Source: a bacterium
GTDB taxonomy: Bacteria; Patescibacteriota; WWE3; UBA101185; UBA10185
Direction: 5' to 3'
Length of the DNA stretch: 55,669 nt
Assembly (NCBI GenBank): GCA_035358315.1
Contig: DAOPPB010000002.1
Coordinates: 1-55,669 of the forward strand
Shown here in pieces: positions 1-8,253 of this stretch. The position numbers and the translations under genes were made by a program. Below the pieces are notes generated by a model that was not told the origin of the DNA, did not search any database, and was given only the letters and a program-made list of their open reading frames with translations. Position 1 is the stretch's first letter. Each line of letters starts with the position of its first letter.

Positions 1-97
1 CGTAGTTCTGATAATCCAATTCTTTAATGTGAGAAATACTTTCTTTTACATAATCGTTTATTTTTCTGACCGGAATAATAATTGAAAATTTAAGCAT
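1..97 (-). CDS. glycosyltransferase family 2, N-terminal fragment (gene continues past the window start)
   Basis: ATG at 97..95 (minus). Translates MLKFSIIIPVRKINDYVKESISHIKELDYQNY, a canonical GT2 N-terminus. Overlaps the stop of the upstream gene by 8 nt. Too short for the ORF track. Confidence 0.6.
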   Translation of the reverse strand, partial: MLKFSIIIPVRKINDYVKESISHIKELDYQNY

Positions 98-908
98 TTA
101 GAGTTTCTCCTGTATTTATTTTCATATCCAATTCTTTATCGTATATCCATTTTCTCTTTTTCTTATCACTGTAGTAATTCAATATTCTTAATCTGTAAAA
201 AACTGCTAGCGTGTCTTTAATCATGTTCCTAATATTTTTATCAAAAATTAAAAAAGGCGTGAAATTTGTATTGTCTTCTTTCCAGTTTAAATATATCGGG
301 GATTCAAAGATTCTTTTAAAGCCTAAGTATCTGGCAACCGAAAGAATTTCCACATCAAAAGCAAATTCCTTAACCAAAAGCCTCGGCAAAACCGCCTCCA
401 AAACTTCTCTTTTAAAAACCTTCAGCCCGGATTGAGTATCTTTAACAGTTACACCAAGCAGTATTTTTACAAAAACATGATATCCCCAGCTGTAAACTTT
501 TCTAAAAAAGGGATAATTTATTTTTGAAGCCGGATGCCTTTTGCTTCCTACTATTATATCGGCGTTGTACCATTCTAAATGCTCTAAAATCAGAGAAATT
601 CCGTTAGGGTCTATGTCCATCCCCGCGTCTATAAAAGCAATGTAATCGCCTTTTGCCCGGGCCATCCCATACCTGATTGCATATCCTTTTCCTTTGTTGG
701 TTTCATACCCCAAAACCTTTACTTTTTTTCGCTTTATTTTTTTTGCATTCTCAAAAGTCTTATCCAAAAACCCGTCCACAACCACCAAAATTTCGTAGTC
801 AAACCTGGTTTGGGACATAGCGTCATCAATATTCTTAACATCGGCAACGATGGATTTCTCCTGTTTATAGGCGGGGACTATTACCGAAACCATTTTCTTT
901 TTTTTCAT
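90..908 (-). CDS. glycosyltransferase family 2 (GT-A fold)
   Basis: 272 aa. VSVIVPAYKQEKSI, EILVVVDGFLDKT and IAFIDAGMD motifs are typical of GT2. ATG 908 overlaps the TGA of the upstream flippase (ATGA). Confidence 0.85.
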   Translation of the reverse strand: MKKKKMVSVIVPAYKQEKSIVADVKNIDDAMSQTRFDYEILVVVDGFLDKTFENAKKIKRKKVKVLGYETNKGKGYAIRYGMARAKGDYIAFIDAGMDIDPNGISLILEHLEWYNADIIVGSKRHPASKINYPFFRKVYSWGYHVFVKILLGVTVKDTQSGLKVFKREVLEAVLPRLLVKEFAFDVEILSVARYLGFKRIFESPIYLNWKEDNTNFTPFLIFDKNIRNMIKDTLAVFYRLRILNYYSDKKKRKWIYDKELDMKINTGETLNA

Positions 909-2227
909 AAGGTCCGGGCTGAGCCCGGGACGGGCTCAGCCCGGGGTCGTACCTGCAAAACAAGTATCAGCAGGGTAAATAGACTTACACCGATATTCAC
1001 CCGTATTATATCCCACAATGTCTCGTGAAAAAAATTAAGAAGAATATATTGCGCCAAAACCCCGGGCAATAGCAAAAACCCGACATTTTTTTTGTCTACG
1101 GCCAAAGAGAACATAACCAAGAAGTTTATGAGAACATAAATTGCTACAAAAATAGAAAACAGCGGAAGATATTTAACCGAATTTTCGAAAGCTTTTCCGA
1201 AAAATATATGGGTGATAAGAGCCGGAAATAACTGGTAGCAAACAACTCCGGCTGCTAAAACGGCCAGTAAAATCCCCAAAAGTTTTTTTAGGCTTTTAGT
1301 AAAATCTTTCCCATTGGCGTGAAGAGCCGTAATTTTAGGAAACATCACAACCGACACCGCCCCCGCCCCGAACAAAAGTATTTTCCCCAAAGTTACCACA
1401 CCCGCATAATAACCTGCCTCGACCGCCGGAAAATATTTCTTCACTAAAACAAGATCAATATTATTTAGGGCCATCATGCACAAATTCACCAAAACAACGG
1501 AAGCTCCCAGAGATAAAAGCTTTTTTTCATAACCACTAACGTCAGTTCCCGGGCTGAGCCCCGGGCTCAGCCCGAGCATAAACATTCCAATCGTAAAGGA
1601 AATTAATGAAGCCAAAGGAAAGGCAAAATAAACTCCTCTTAAACCAAAACCCAAAAAAACTAAAATAGCCGGAAGAGCAAACCTATTTATCATCGTTATT
1701 ACATGAAAAGCCGAATATTTTTTGAACTTCTGCATTCCCTGCAAATAAGAAGTGGGAACTACAAGACAAAATCCCACTCCGACCGAAAGACCGAAAAAGG
1801 CGACCAACAAACTATCCCCTATATTTAAAGAATCGGAAATTTTTCCGCGCAAAATAAATATAATAAAGAAAATCAAAAGACACGCTATAACGGAAAATCT
1901 TAAAATACGCGCAAAAAAATGTTTAATTTTATCGTCTTCTTTTTTTGCGTACATTTCGGCGACTATTTTTATCAAAGCCGTTCCAAAAACAGCCGAAAAA
2001 ACTCCGATTATGGAAGAAAGCGAAAGAATAGCATTAAAAGTTCCGTAATCTTCAACAGGAAGTTTTCTCCCCAAAACAAATTGCAGAAGATAACTGAAAA
2101 CGGACCCAAATAAAGTCGCCCCGCCCACAAGCAGGGTGTCAAAAACCTCTCCGTCAATTTTTAATTTTCTCTCATTCAATTTTCTCTTATTCAAAGTGGA
2201 CACCCTCCCCTTCGTTTTTATAGACAT
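905..2227 (-). CDS. MOP-superfamily (Wzx/MurJ-like) polysaccharide/oligosaccharide flippase
   Basis: 440 aa from ATG 2227; the ORF-track start at 2263 is 12 codons further upstream and also possible. Many hydrophobic segments, polysaccharide-biosynthesis-protein-like. Carries repeat copy B in frame and copy A as its 3' tail. Confidence 0.7.
   Translation of the reverse strand: MSIKTKGRVSTLNKRKLNERKLKIDGEVFDTLLVGGATLFGSVFSYLLQFVLGRKLPVEDYGTFNAILSLSSIIGVFSAVFGTALIKIVAEMYAKKEDDKIKHFFARILRFSVIACLLIFFIIFILRGKISDSLNIGDSLLVAFFGLSVGVGFCLVVPTSYLQGMQKFKKYSAFHVITMINRFALPAILVFLGFGLRGVYFAFPLASLISFTIGMFMLGLSPGLSPGTDVSGYEKKLLSLGASVVLVNLCMMALNNIDLVLVKKYFPAVEAGYYAGVVTLGKILLFGAGAVSVVMFPKITALHANGKDFTKSLKKLLGILLAVLAAGVVCYQLFPALITHIFFGKAFENSVKYLPLFSIFVAIYVLINFLVMFSLAVDKKNVGFLLLPGVLAQYILLNFFHETLWDIIRVNIGVSLFTLLILVLQVRPRAEPVPGSARTL
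914..944. repeat. GC-rich double palindrome, copy A (GGGCTGAGCCC-GGGAC-GGGCTCAGCCC)
   Basis: CCGGGCTGAGCCCGGGACGGGCTCAGCCCGG read directly. 14-nt complementary arms. Lies in the last codons of the flippase ORF, just upstream of the ATGA junction. Confidence 0.9.
1550..1574. repeat. GC-rich double palindrome, copy B (GGGCTGAGCCC-C-GGGCTCAGCCC), inside a CDS
   Basis: CGGGCTGAGCCCCGGGCTCAGCCCG read directly. 12-nt arms around a single central base. Translated in frame as GLSPGLSPG. Confidence 0.9.
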
Positions 2228-3953
2228 TGTACAAAGGAACACCGCGCAGTTTAATCGTGTCAAAATAACTGAGTTTTAATTTACTCTCAACTACAGCGGT
2301 ATCATCCCAAACCGGATAAACAAAATATTTTGTTTTTTCAGCAAAAGGAGCAAGATCTTTTATTACTGCCCATGCCCCGAACTCTCTGAAAAACGGCCAA
2401 ACCTGAGAATAATATTTTTCCTGAAAACCAACTGTCATCACATTTTTAAGATTTCTTCCATGGCTTTTGTAAACCAATTCTTCAAAAGAAGCATTTGAAG
2501 AGAATTCTGCCCCCTCTTTTTTTGAAAGTTCCTTAAAATATGAAACAATTTCGTCTGCCCCGATTATCCATTTCGGCTCTAAAACTTTCACCCCTGTTTT
2601 TAAACCACCGAAGATCGGGTTAAAATATGAAAAATAATCGGGATGAACATAAGCATCGGTGTAAATGGCCGGAGCCAAAAACAAAACCGCGACAACAATT
2701 TTCTGCCACAATTTTCTAAAATTAATTTTACTAAGTATCTGCACAAAGAAGATTGAAGAAGCAAAGGACATCACCACCAGCGCCGGAAGAATATATCTGT
2801 CAAGTTTTTTCGTGGGGACAATAAGTTGAATAAAATAGAAAAACACAAAAATTAAAAGAAAAGAAAGAAAATTTCTTTCGTTTCCGGGAAGTTTCTTTTT
2901 TGCAAAAAGTAAAAGAACACCGATAAAACCTACCAGAAGATAAATTGATGACTTAAAGCCCAAGACAACAAAGTAAAAGCCGGGACCGGGATCCTCAACA
3001 AGTTTTCCGAAATAATACTGAAAATGATCCCCTTCTACACCTACATTAACTATCCCACCATATAATTCCTGAAGTACTTTTCCGGGAGAAACCCACATTG
3101 CCGGCCACAATGCAAAAAATACCAGCGCAACTATTAAAAACCAGCTTAGGAAAATCTTTCCGAAGTTTTTTATAAAGCTCCCAAAATTTTTTAGAGAGAA
3201 AATAAACCTATCCGATTTCCTAAATTCAAAATTCCCGTCACGGAAAACATAAATAATGGTTGCCAAACCTGTAAAAAGCACCAGGAAAAAGGCGGAGGTT
3301 TTTGTCAGTAAAGCAAGCCCCGCGAAAATTGCTGAAACAACAAGTCTTCCCTTTTTCTCTTTGTTTTGAAAAAAATAATAAAGCCAAACGATACTTGCCG
3401 TCATAAAGGTCGAAACCAATCCTTCTAAATGAAAAACTCTTGTTAATCCGAGGTAGAAAGGCTCCAGCGACAGCATTAAAACTGAGAATAACGCATATTT
3501 CATACCCAGAATGTTCCTGAGAACATGAAAAATAAACGAAACCGCTATACCTATTGCGACTACTACCAAAAGTTTTTGTATAAAATCGAGCTGAAATATT
3601 ATGGTTACATCTTCATCTGCAACCAAGGATTGACCCCTAATTCTGGCCAGGTAATTATTTATTCTTGCTCCTATACTTCCGAGCCACATTAAAGTTACGC
3701 CGGGGTGATAAGTCTGAAGCGTATGAGATAAATCTCCGCCCAATACAGCGCTTCCGAAGTTATAAGACCTCGATTTCCACTTCCAAACATCGGTGTTGAA
3801 ATTGTCGTGTCCCAAATTAGGAATATGAATCAGGATAAAGAAGATAAAAACCATAATCTCCGGGATAACACCACAACGCTTGGTTTTCGGACGACTGAAT
3901 TCCAGGTCGATCCTCGAGCCTATTCTATTTTTATTTTCTTCCTTTTTTGCCAT
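2187..3953 (-). CDS. GT-C-fold integral membrane glycosyltransferase (ArnT/PMT-like)
   Basis: 588 aa from ATG 3953 (MAKKEENKN...). The ORF-track extension to 4115 only reads through repeat copy C and the upstream gene end. Many TM segments; first-loop acidic motif HDNFNTD followed by YHPGVTLMW, shared with the 5759..7381 paralog. Confidence 0.75.
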   Translation of the reverse strand: MAKKEENKNRIGSRIDLEFSRPKTKRCGVIPEIMVFIFFILIHIPNLGHDNFNTDVWKWKSRSYNFGSAVLGGDLSHTLQTYHPGVTLMWLGSIGARINNYLARIRGQSLVADEDVTIIFQLDFIQKLLVVVAIGIAVSFIFHVLRNILGMKYALFSVLMLSLEPFYLGLTRVFHLEGLVSTFMTASIVWLYYFFQNKEKKGRLVVSAIFAGLALLTKTSAFFLVLFTGLATIIYVFRDGNFEFRKSDRFIFSLKNFGSFIKNFGKIFLSWFLIVALVFFALWPAMWVSPGKVLQELYGGIVNVGVEGDHFQYYFGKLVEDPGPGFYFVVLGFKSSIYLLVGFIGVLLLFAKKKLPGNERNFLSFLLIFVFFYFIQLIVPTKKLDRYILPALVVMSFASSIFFVQILSKINFRKLWQKIVVAVLFLAPAIYTDAYVHPDYFSYFNPIFGGLKTGVKVLEPKWIIGADEIVSYFKELSKKEGAEFSSNASFEELVYKSHGRNLKNVMTVGFQEKYYSQVWPFFREFGAWAVIKDLAPFAEKTKYFVYPVWDDTAVVESKLKLSYFDTIKLRGVPLYNVYKNEGEGVHFE

Positions 3954-3963
3954 ACTTTCTTTT

Positions 3964-3992
3964 CCGGGCTCAGCCCGACGGGCTGAGCCCGG
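3964..3992. repeat. GC-rich double palindrome, copy C (GGGCTCAGCCC-GAC-GGGCTGAGCCC), intergenic
   Basis: CCGGGCTCAGCCCGACGGGCTGAGCCCGG. 14-nt perfect arms, 24 of 29 bases G or C. Fills most of the 43-nt gap between stop 3997 and ATG 3953. Confidence 0.9.
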
Positions 3993-3996
3993 CTTC

Positions 3997-5757
3997 TTAC
4001 TTTCCGCACCCACACCCCGAACTTTTGGTGGGACCCTCATACCTGTAAACCACAATATCGGAACCGAGCTTCCATTTACTATCAAAGAAAGCCACTTCCC
4101 TAAGTACCGAACCATTCTTTTTCAGAAACTTCTCCTCATCTTCCCCCGGTTCGTATATTACTACAAGGGCTTTTTGGTAATCATCAAAATTATTCAACCC
4201 TTTTACTCCGTTGATCCCTATTTTCCCAAAAACATCTTTCAGAACTTTGTCATTATAAATCAGTTTTTCGATTGGATCATAATTTTCTATCAACCAATCA
4301 TAAAGGTAAACCCTGGTGTCATTGTTATGATATTTGTAAGCGTTTACACACGAATTTACAAAAAGTGGAGACATTATTATTATGAGAAATACAGACGGAA
4401 GAATTTTAGAAACAAATTGACCACCGAACAATTTACTGCCGTCCCGACGGCTTATGCCCCGCCAACCGGACGCCCAACTTTTTATCTTATTATGTAAAAA
4501 GGCGCAGAAAAACCCGAATGTAACTGCAAGGTAAGGATAAATAACAAAATAATAGTGAGATCTGTTATTTTTAAAACCCGATAAATACCAGAGCAAGAAA
4601 AGAGAAACAATATAGACGAAGGAAAGAGCAAATTCTTCCCGTTCCGTTTTCTTTTTGACAATTCTGTAAATTAAAAATCCCAGCACCAGAAAATATACTG
4701 GAGTAACAACATATCCCGTATCAACTAAAACTCTGCTGAAACTCTCGGAGAAAAATTTTGAAACATGAGTTTCAAAACCTACCGACCCGACATTTGTAAA
4801 CTGCCAGAAAGCTCCCTGCGGACCGTCGGTTCGGGAAAAAGTTTTAAAATCCAAAAGAGCGTATGGGGTTCCTGCTAAAAATCCCAATAACGCAAAAATT
4901 CCCGACAAAACAAGATTTATAATTCCATTTTTGTCTATTATTTTTGGCTCTAAAAAATCTTTTTCATTTTTTCCAAGGTTCTCTCCGGCGCTTAATTTAT
5001 GTCTTTTATATCTTTCGTAAAATATTCTCAAAAAATGCGCCGCAGGGACCATAATTGCCGACAATCCTCCGTTATACTTCACCGACGCAGAAAAACCCAC
5101 AAACAGCCCTGATAAAATGTAGTTTTTCCTATCAGGTTTTTTCATTATCAAAGCGGAAAAATAAAAAGCCCACGCAAGAAGAAACGTCATTGGAACGTCC
5201 CCTAAAGCATAATGAGAATGCCAAACATGATAAGGAAGTATGGTCATTGTTAAAGCCGCCAAAACCCCGGCTTTTTTTCCGAAAAGTTCTTTCGTCGCAA
5301 GAAAGACCGGAACGGCGGTAAAAGCCCCTAAAATAGCAGAAAAACATCTTGTCAGATAGTAGTAGATTAAATCCTCATCCCACATCAAAGGAAATAATTC
5401 CGCCAATTTATTCTGCATACCGAAGGAGGTGAAAAGACCTCTTATTTTCGCAAAAATCATATACAAAAAATAATTCAGATAAATGTAAAAATGGGGCCAG
5501 TCAAAATGCTTGGGATTGGGGTCAAACCTTACTCCCAAAGCCGATCTTATAATTGTCGGTTCATCGGGATGAAAAATAAAAGGAAATCCATGTTTAATTC
5601 CGATTAGTCTGAAAATAAGACCCAAAAGAACTATCAGCACGACTATTGCACCGATACCTTTGGCACCCTTTGTATTTTTGGCGCCTACAATTTTTGTGTC
5701 CTTTTTTTCGTCAGTATTTTCTTTTTTATTAACTTTTTTTTCCACGCGCTTAAACAT
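3997..5757 (-). CDS. GT-C-fold membrane glycosyltransferase (family 39 / ArnT-PMT_2-like)
   Basis: 586 aa. N-terminal TM segment, then FHPDEPTIIRSALGV loop motif (acidic DE pair). About 12 hydrophobic segments and a soluble C-terminal domain. Confidence 0.75.
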   Translation of the reverse strand: MFKRVEKKVNKKENTDEKKDTKIVGAKNTKGAKGIGAIVVLIVLLGLIFRLIGIKHGFPFIFHPDEPTIIRSALGVRFDPNPKHFDWPHFYIYLNYFLYMIFAKIRGLFTSFGMQNKLAELFPLMWDEDLIYYYLTRCFSAILGAFTAVPVFLATKELFGKKAGVLAALTMTILPYHVWHSHYALGDVPMTFLLAWAFYFSALIMKKPDRKNYILSGLFVGFSASVKYNGGLSAIMVPAAHFLRIFYERYKRHKLSAGENLGKNEKDFLEPKIIDKNGIINLVLSGIFALLGFLAGTPYALLDFKTFSRTDGPQGAFWQFTNVGSVGFETHVSKFFSESFSRVLVDTGYVVTPVYFLVLGFLIYRIVKKKTEREEFALSFVYIVSLFLLWYLSGFKNNRSHYYFVIYPYLAVTFGFFCAFLHNKIKSWASGWRGISRRDGSKLFGGQFVSKILPSVFLIIIMSPLFVNSCVNAYKYHNNDTRVYLYDWLIENYDPIEKLIYNDKVLKDVFGKIGINGVKGLNNFDDYQKALVVIYEPGEDEEKFLKKNGSVLREVAFFDSKWKLGSDIVVYRYEGPTKSSGCGCGK

Positions 5758-5758
5758 G

Positions 5759-7381
5759 TTAGTTGGAAATTTCCTTTTTCACGTAAATTCTCCAATACTC
5801 CAACCCGTTAATCCAGAGGGAATAATCTTTTTCAAAAATATACTGCTTATTGTCCAATATTTTTTCAGGCATTTCTTCGTTTATGGCTAAAACCAAAAGA
5901 TCATAACTACTCGGACCATATGTACGAACATCAAAAATTTTTGAATTCGGGTAGATTGTTTTCATTGGCTGAACATCATAAAAACCGAGTTTTGGCTCCC
6001 CTCCATATTTATCGGAATACTTTTCCATAATTACCTTTTTCAATTCCGGAATTCCTACACCAAAAGGCTTTTGGCCGATTATTTTGTTTGCTTTGGCGGA
6101 CGTACCAAACAACGGGCTGGTATAGGTAAAATAATACGGGTAAAGACGGATTATCGGAACGCCTACAAAAAATACAATTAAAAAAGAAGATACTATTTTA
6201 AAAATTTTCCTCTCCCGGGAATTTTTAAGATTCTGATAAAACTTTTGGTACCCGATTGCAGAGCAGTAAGAAAGAAACGGAAACACAACAAGCATATATC
6301 TGTCAATTTTCTTTGCAAAAAATGACATTCCCAAAAAATATCCCAAAGAAAAGACAGCGAAAAAAGAATCAAAATTAAAAATTGTATTCCCCAGATTTTT
6401 GAATTTTTTCTTCAGATTTCCCAATGATTTTATAAAAAAATAAATGTAAATGATAAATCCTAGAATCAAAAAAGGACTTGTCTTGAGAAGAATTACAAGA
6501 GGATAAAATAAAACTCCCGCTCTTTCGGTGTACTCACCTATTACCAACTGTTCGTGTCCTTTTCTCACCCCTACCCGCCCGACTTCTTTGAATATATCCG
6601 AAAGAAAATAAACAGGCCTTACCCAAAGAGCCGGAAAAAGAGCAAAAACAAAGAAAACAAACGAGAGCATAATCAGGGTGGTGGTCGGGAAAATTTTATC
6701 TTTCTTACCGTTACGGGAAAAATAAAGAATAGTGTAAAAAACAACAAAAAACAGGGCACCGATTGACAAGCTTTTTGTTAAAAACGACAGAGCCAGAAAG
6801 AATCCCGTAAGAACAGATTTCCAAAATCCCGGTTCCTTCATGTTAAGATACGCCAGAAAAATGGAGTTCAACAGCAAAAGAGTAAGCAAAACATCCATGT
6901 GATATAAACGCGAGTTTCCAAGGAAAAAAGGTTCAAAAGTAAAAAAAGAAACGGTTAAAATGCTTTTCTTAAAACCAATAATTTTTGACAGCAAATATAT
7001 TAGAAGGAGAGTAAGCAAGAACTGCACCGAAATAATAGAAATTTTGGAAACCAGGTCAAAAGTCTGAAAATTAGAAATATCATATACCATAACACCCGAA
7101 ACTTTTTTGTAAACTTCAACCGCCGTTCCGGCAATCCACATTAGAGTAACTCCGGGGTGATAATGCTGATAGGTTTTTTCAAACTGTCTGTTTTTTATCC
7201 CGACAATAAACTGCTCCGATCTATAATGCCAAGCCGCACCGTCAGGATTTATAACATCATTTTTTAAACCCGGTAAGCGGGTTGCGAAAAACAGCGCTGA
7301 AAATACTAAAAGCAAAAAAATAGACAGATGTTTTTCATTTTTTAAGCCACCAAAAAGTTTATGATTCCCTGTCAAGGGCAT
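5759..7381 (-). CDS. GT-C-fold membrane glycosyltransferase, paralog of 2187..3953
   Basis: 540 aa. NDVINPD...YQHYHPGVTLMW loop matches the paralog. GGGGGA Shine-Dalgarno 6 nt before ATG 7381. 23-nt overlap with the upstream gene. Confidence 0.75.
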   Translation of the reverse strand: MPLTGNHKLFGGLKNEKHLSIFLLLVFSALFFATRLPGLKNDVINPDGAAWHYRSEQFIVGIKNRQFEKTYQHYHPGVTLMWIAGTAVEVYKKVSGVMVYDISNFQTFDLVSKISIISVQFLLTLLLIYLLSKIIGFKKSILTVSFFTFEPFFLGNSRLYHMDVLLTLLLLNSIFLAYLNMKEPGFWKSVLTGFFLALSFLTKSLSIGALFFVVFYTILYFSRNGKKDKIFPTTTLIMLSFVFFVFALFPALWVRPVYFLSDIFKEVGRVGVRKGHEQLVIGEYTERAGVLFYPLVILLKTSPFLILGFIIYIYFFIKSLGNLKKKFKNLGNTIFNFDSFFAVFSLGYFLGMSFFAKKIDRYMLVVFPFLSYCSAIGYQKFYQNLKNSRERKIFKIVSSFLIVFFVGVPIIRLYPYYFTYTSPLFGTSAKANKIIGQKPFGVGIPELKKVIMEKYSDKYGGEPKLGFYDVQPMKTIYPNSKIFDVRTYGPSSYDLLVLAINEEMPEKILDNKQYIFEKDYSLWINGLEYWRIYVKKEISN

Positions 7382-8252
7382 ATAAAATCCCCCCGATCAA
7401 ACTAACTCCCATTCTTACAATATGATAAGTGATTGACACCGTCGCCGCTATTCCCTGAGAAACTCCTACGAACGAAAACATACTTACATACATCATATCC
7501 TGAACTCCAAGACCATTAATGGAAGGGATAAAAAATCCTGCTAAAGTAATTATAGGAAAAGCCATAAGAGAATAGAAAACCGGCAGTTTAATTCCCACCG
7601 CCCTAAAAGCCAGATATTGGGTAAATATAGACAAAAGCTGAATTATAAGAGAAGTGAACATAGCAAAAAATAGAACTTTCGGATAATCTTTGTATACCAT
7701 TAAAGCATCGTAAATTCTCCTGACAAAACTTATTTTCTTGCTCAAAATTTTCAAAACATACATCCCAATGTAAAAACCTGAAATGAGCCATATTATCAAA
7801 ACTAAAACTCCCCAACCCAACTGCTTGCTTAAGCTCAAAAGTCCTATTAAGAAAAGCATTAAAATACCCGTGAATCTCTCGGTAAACACGGACGAAAAAC
7901 CCGTCGCGGGATCTTTTATTTTCCTTCCAAGTTTAACTATTTTATAAGCATCTCCGCCAATGCTCGTAGGCATAAAATTATTGAAAAAAGCGCCTTCAAA
8001 ATAAAGTTTCAAAAGGTAGAGCCGGGACACTTCGTTGGACCTTTCATGTATCAAAAGAGATTTCCACCTAAAAGAGCTTATTGTGTAGTGTATGATTATA
8101 ATCAACGCCATTAAAACAACATATCTCCAATCCAAAAGTTTAAAATTAGTCGCCACTTCGCTGATGTTTACTTTTTTGGTGAAAAGATAATAAATTAAAC
8201 TTCCGCTTATAATAATTTTCACTATAGTTTTTAATGTATTTTTATTTTTCAT
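7359..8252 (-). CDS. UPF0104 / lysyl-phosphatidylglycerol-synthase-TM-like (flippase-like) membrane protein
   Basis: 297 aa, about 8 TM segments. The N-terminal KIIISGSLIYYLF...ISSFRWKSLL pattern is typical of this family. Confidence 0.55.
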   Translation of the reverse strand: MKNKNTLKTIVKIIISGSLIYYLFTKKVNISEVATNFKLLDWRYVVLMALIIIIHYTISSFRWKSLLIHERSNEVSRLYLLKLYFEGAFFNNFMPTSIGGDAYKIVKLGRKIKDPATGFSSVFTERFTGILMLFLIGLLSLSKQLGWGVLVLIIWLISGFYIGMYVLKILSKKISFVRRIYDALMVYKDYPKVLFFAMFTSLIIQLLSIFTQYLAFRAVGIKLPVFYSLMAFPIITLAGFFIPSINGLGVQDMMYVSMFSFVGVSQGIAATVSITYHIVRMGVSLIGGILYALDRES

Positions 8253-8253
8253 G

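Noticed and set aside
3954-4115. N-terminal ORF extensions in the ORF track. Examples: 2187..4115 (PGSARRAEPG), 28083..28544, 26029..26652, 33393..34658, 44994..45683, 49942..50838 and 54742.
   Set aside because: The extensions read through intergenic DNA, repeat copy C or the preceding gene, and several begin at non-ATG codons. Internal starts that abut the upstream stop and match the homolog N-termini were used instead.
4438-4478. GC-rich patch GCCGTCCCGACGGCTTATGCCCCGCCAACCGGACGCCCAAC inside the GT-C gene 3997..5757. It contains the small palindrome GCCGTC-CC-GACGGC and shares CCCGACGG with the centre of copy C. It could be a decayed element copy.
   Set aside because: It contains no GGGCTSAGCCC half-site and the shared 8-mer is short. 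I cannot distinguish it from ordinary Gly/Arg/Trp-rich coding sequence without alignment to homologs.
3880-4497. 205-aa plus-strand ORF. Similar long antisense ORFs occur at 42934..43590 (218 aa), 51562..52047, 15445..15795, 25912..26277, 33420..33746 and 33808..34155.
   Set aside because: All lie antisense to, or out of frame within, strongly supported conserved genes (GT-C, rpoB, serS, GT4, rplF/rplR, tuf). They have low-complexity, family-less translations typical of shadow ORFs in AT-rich DNA.
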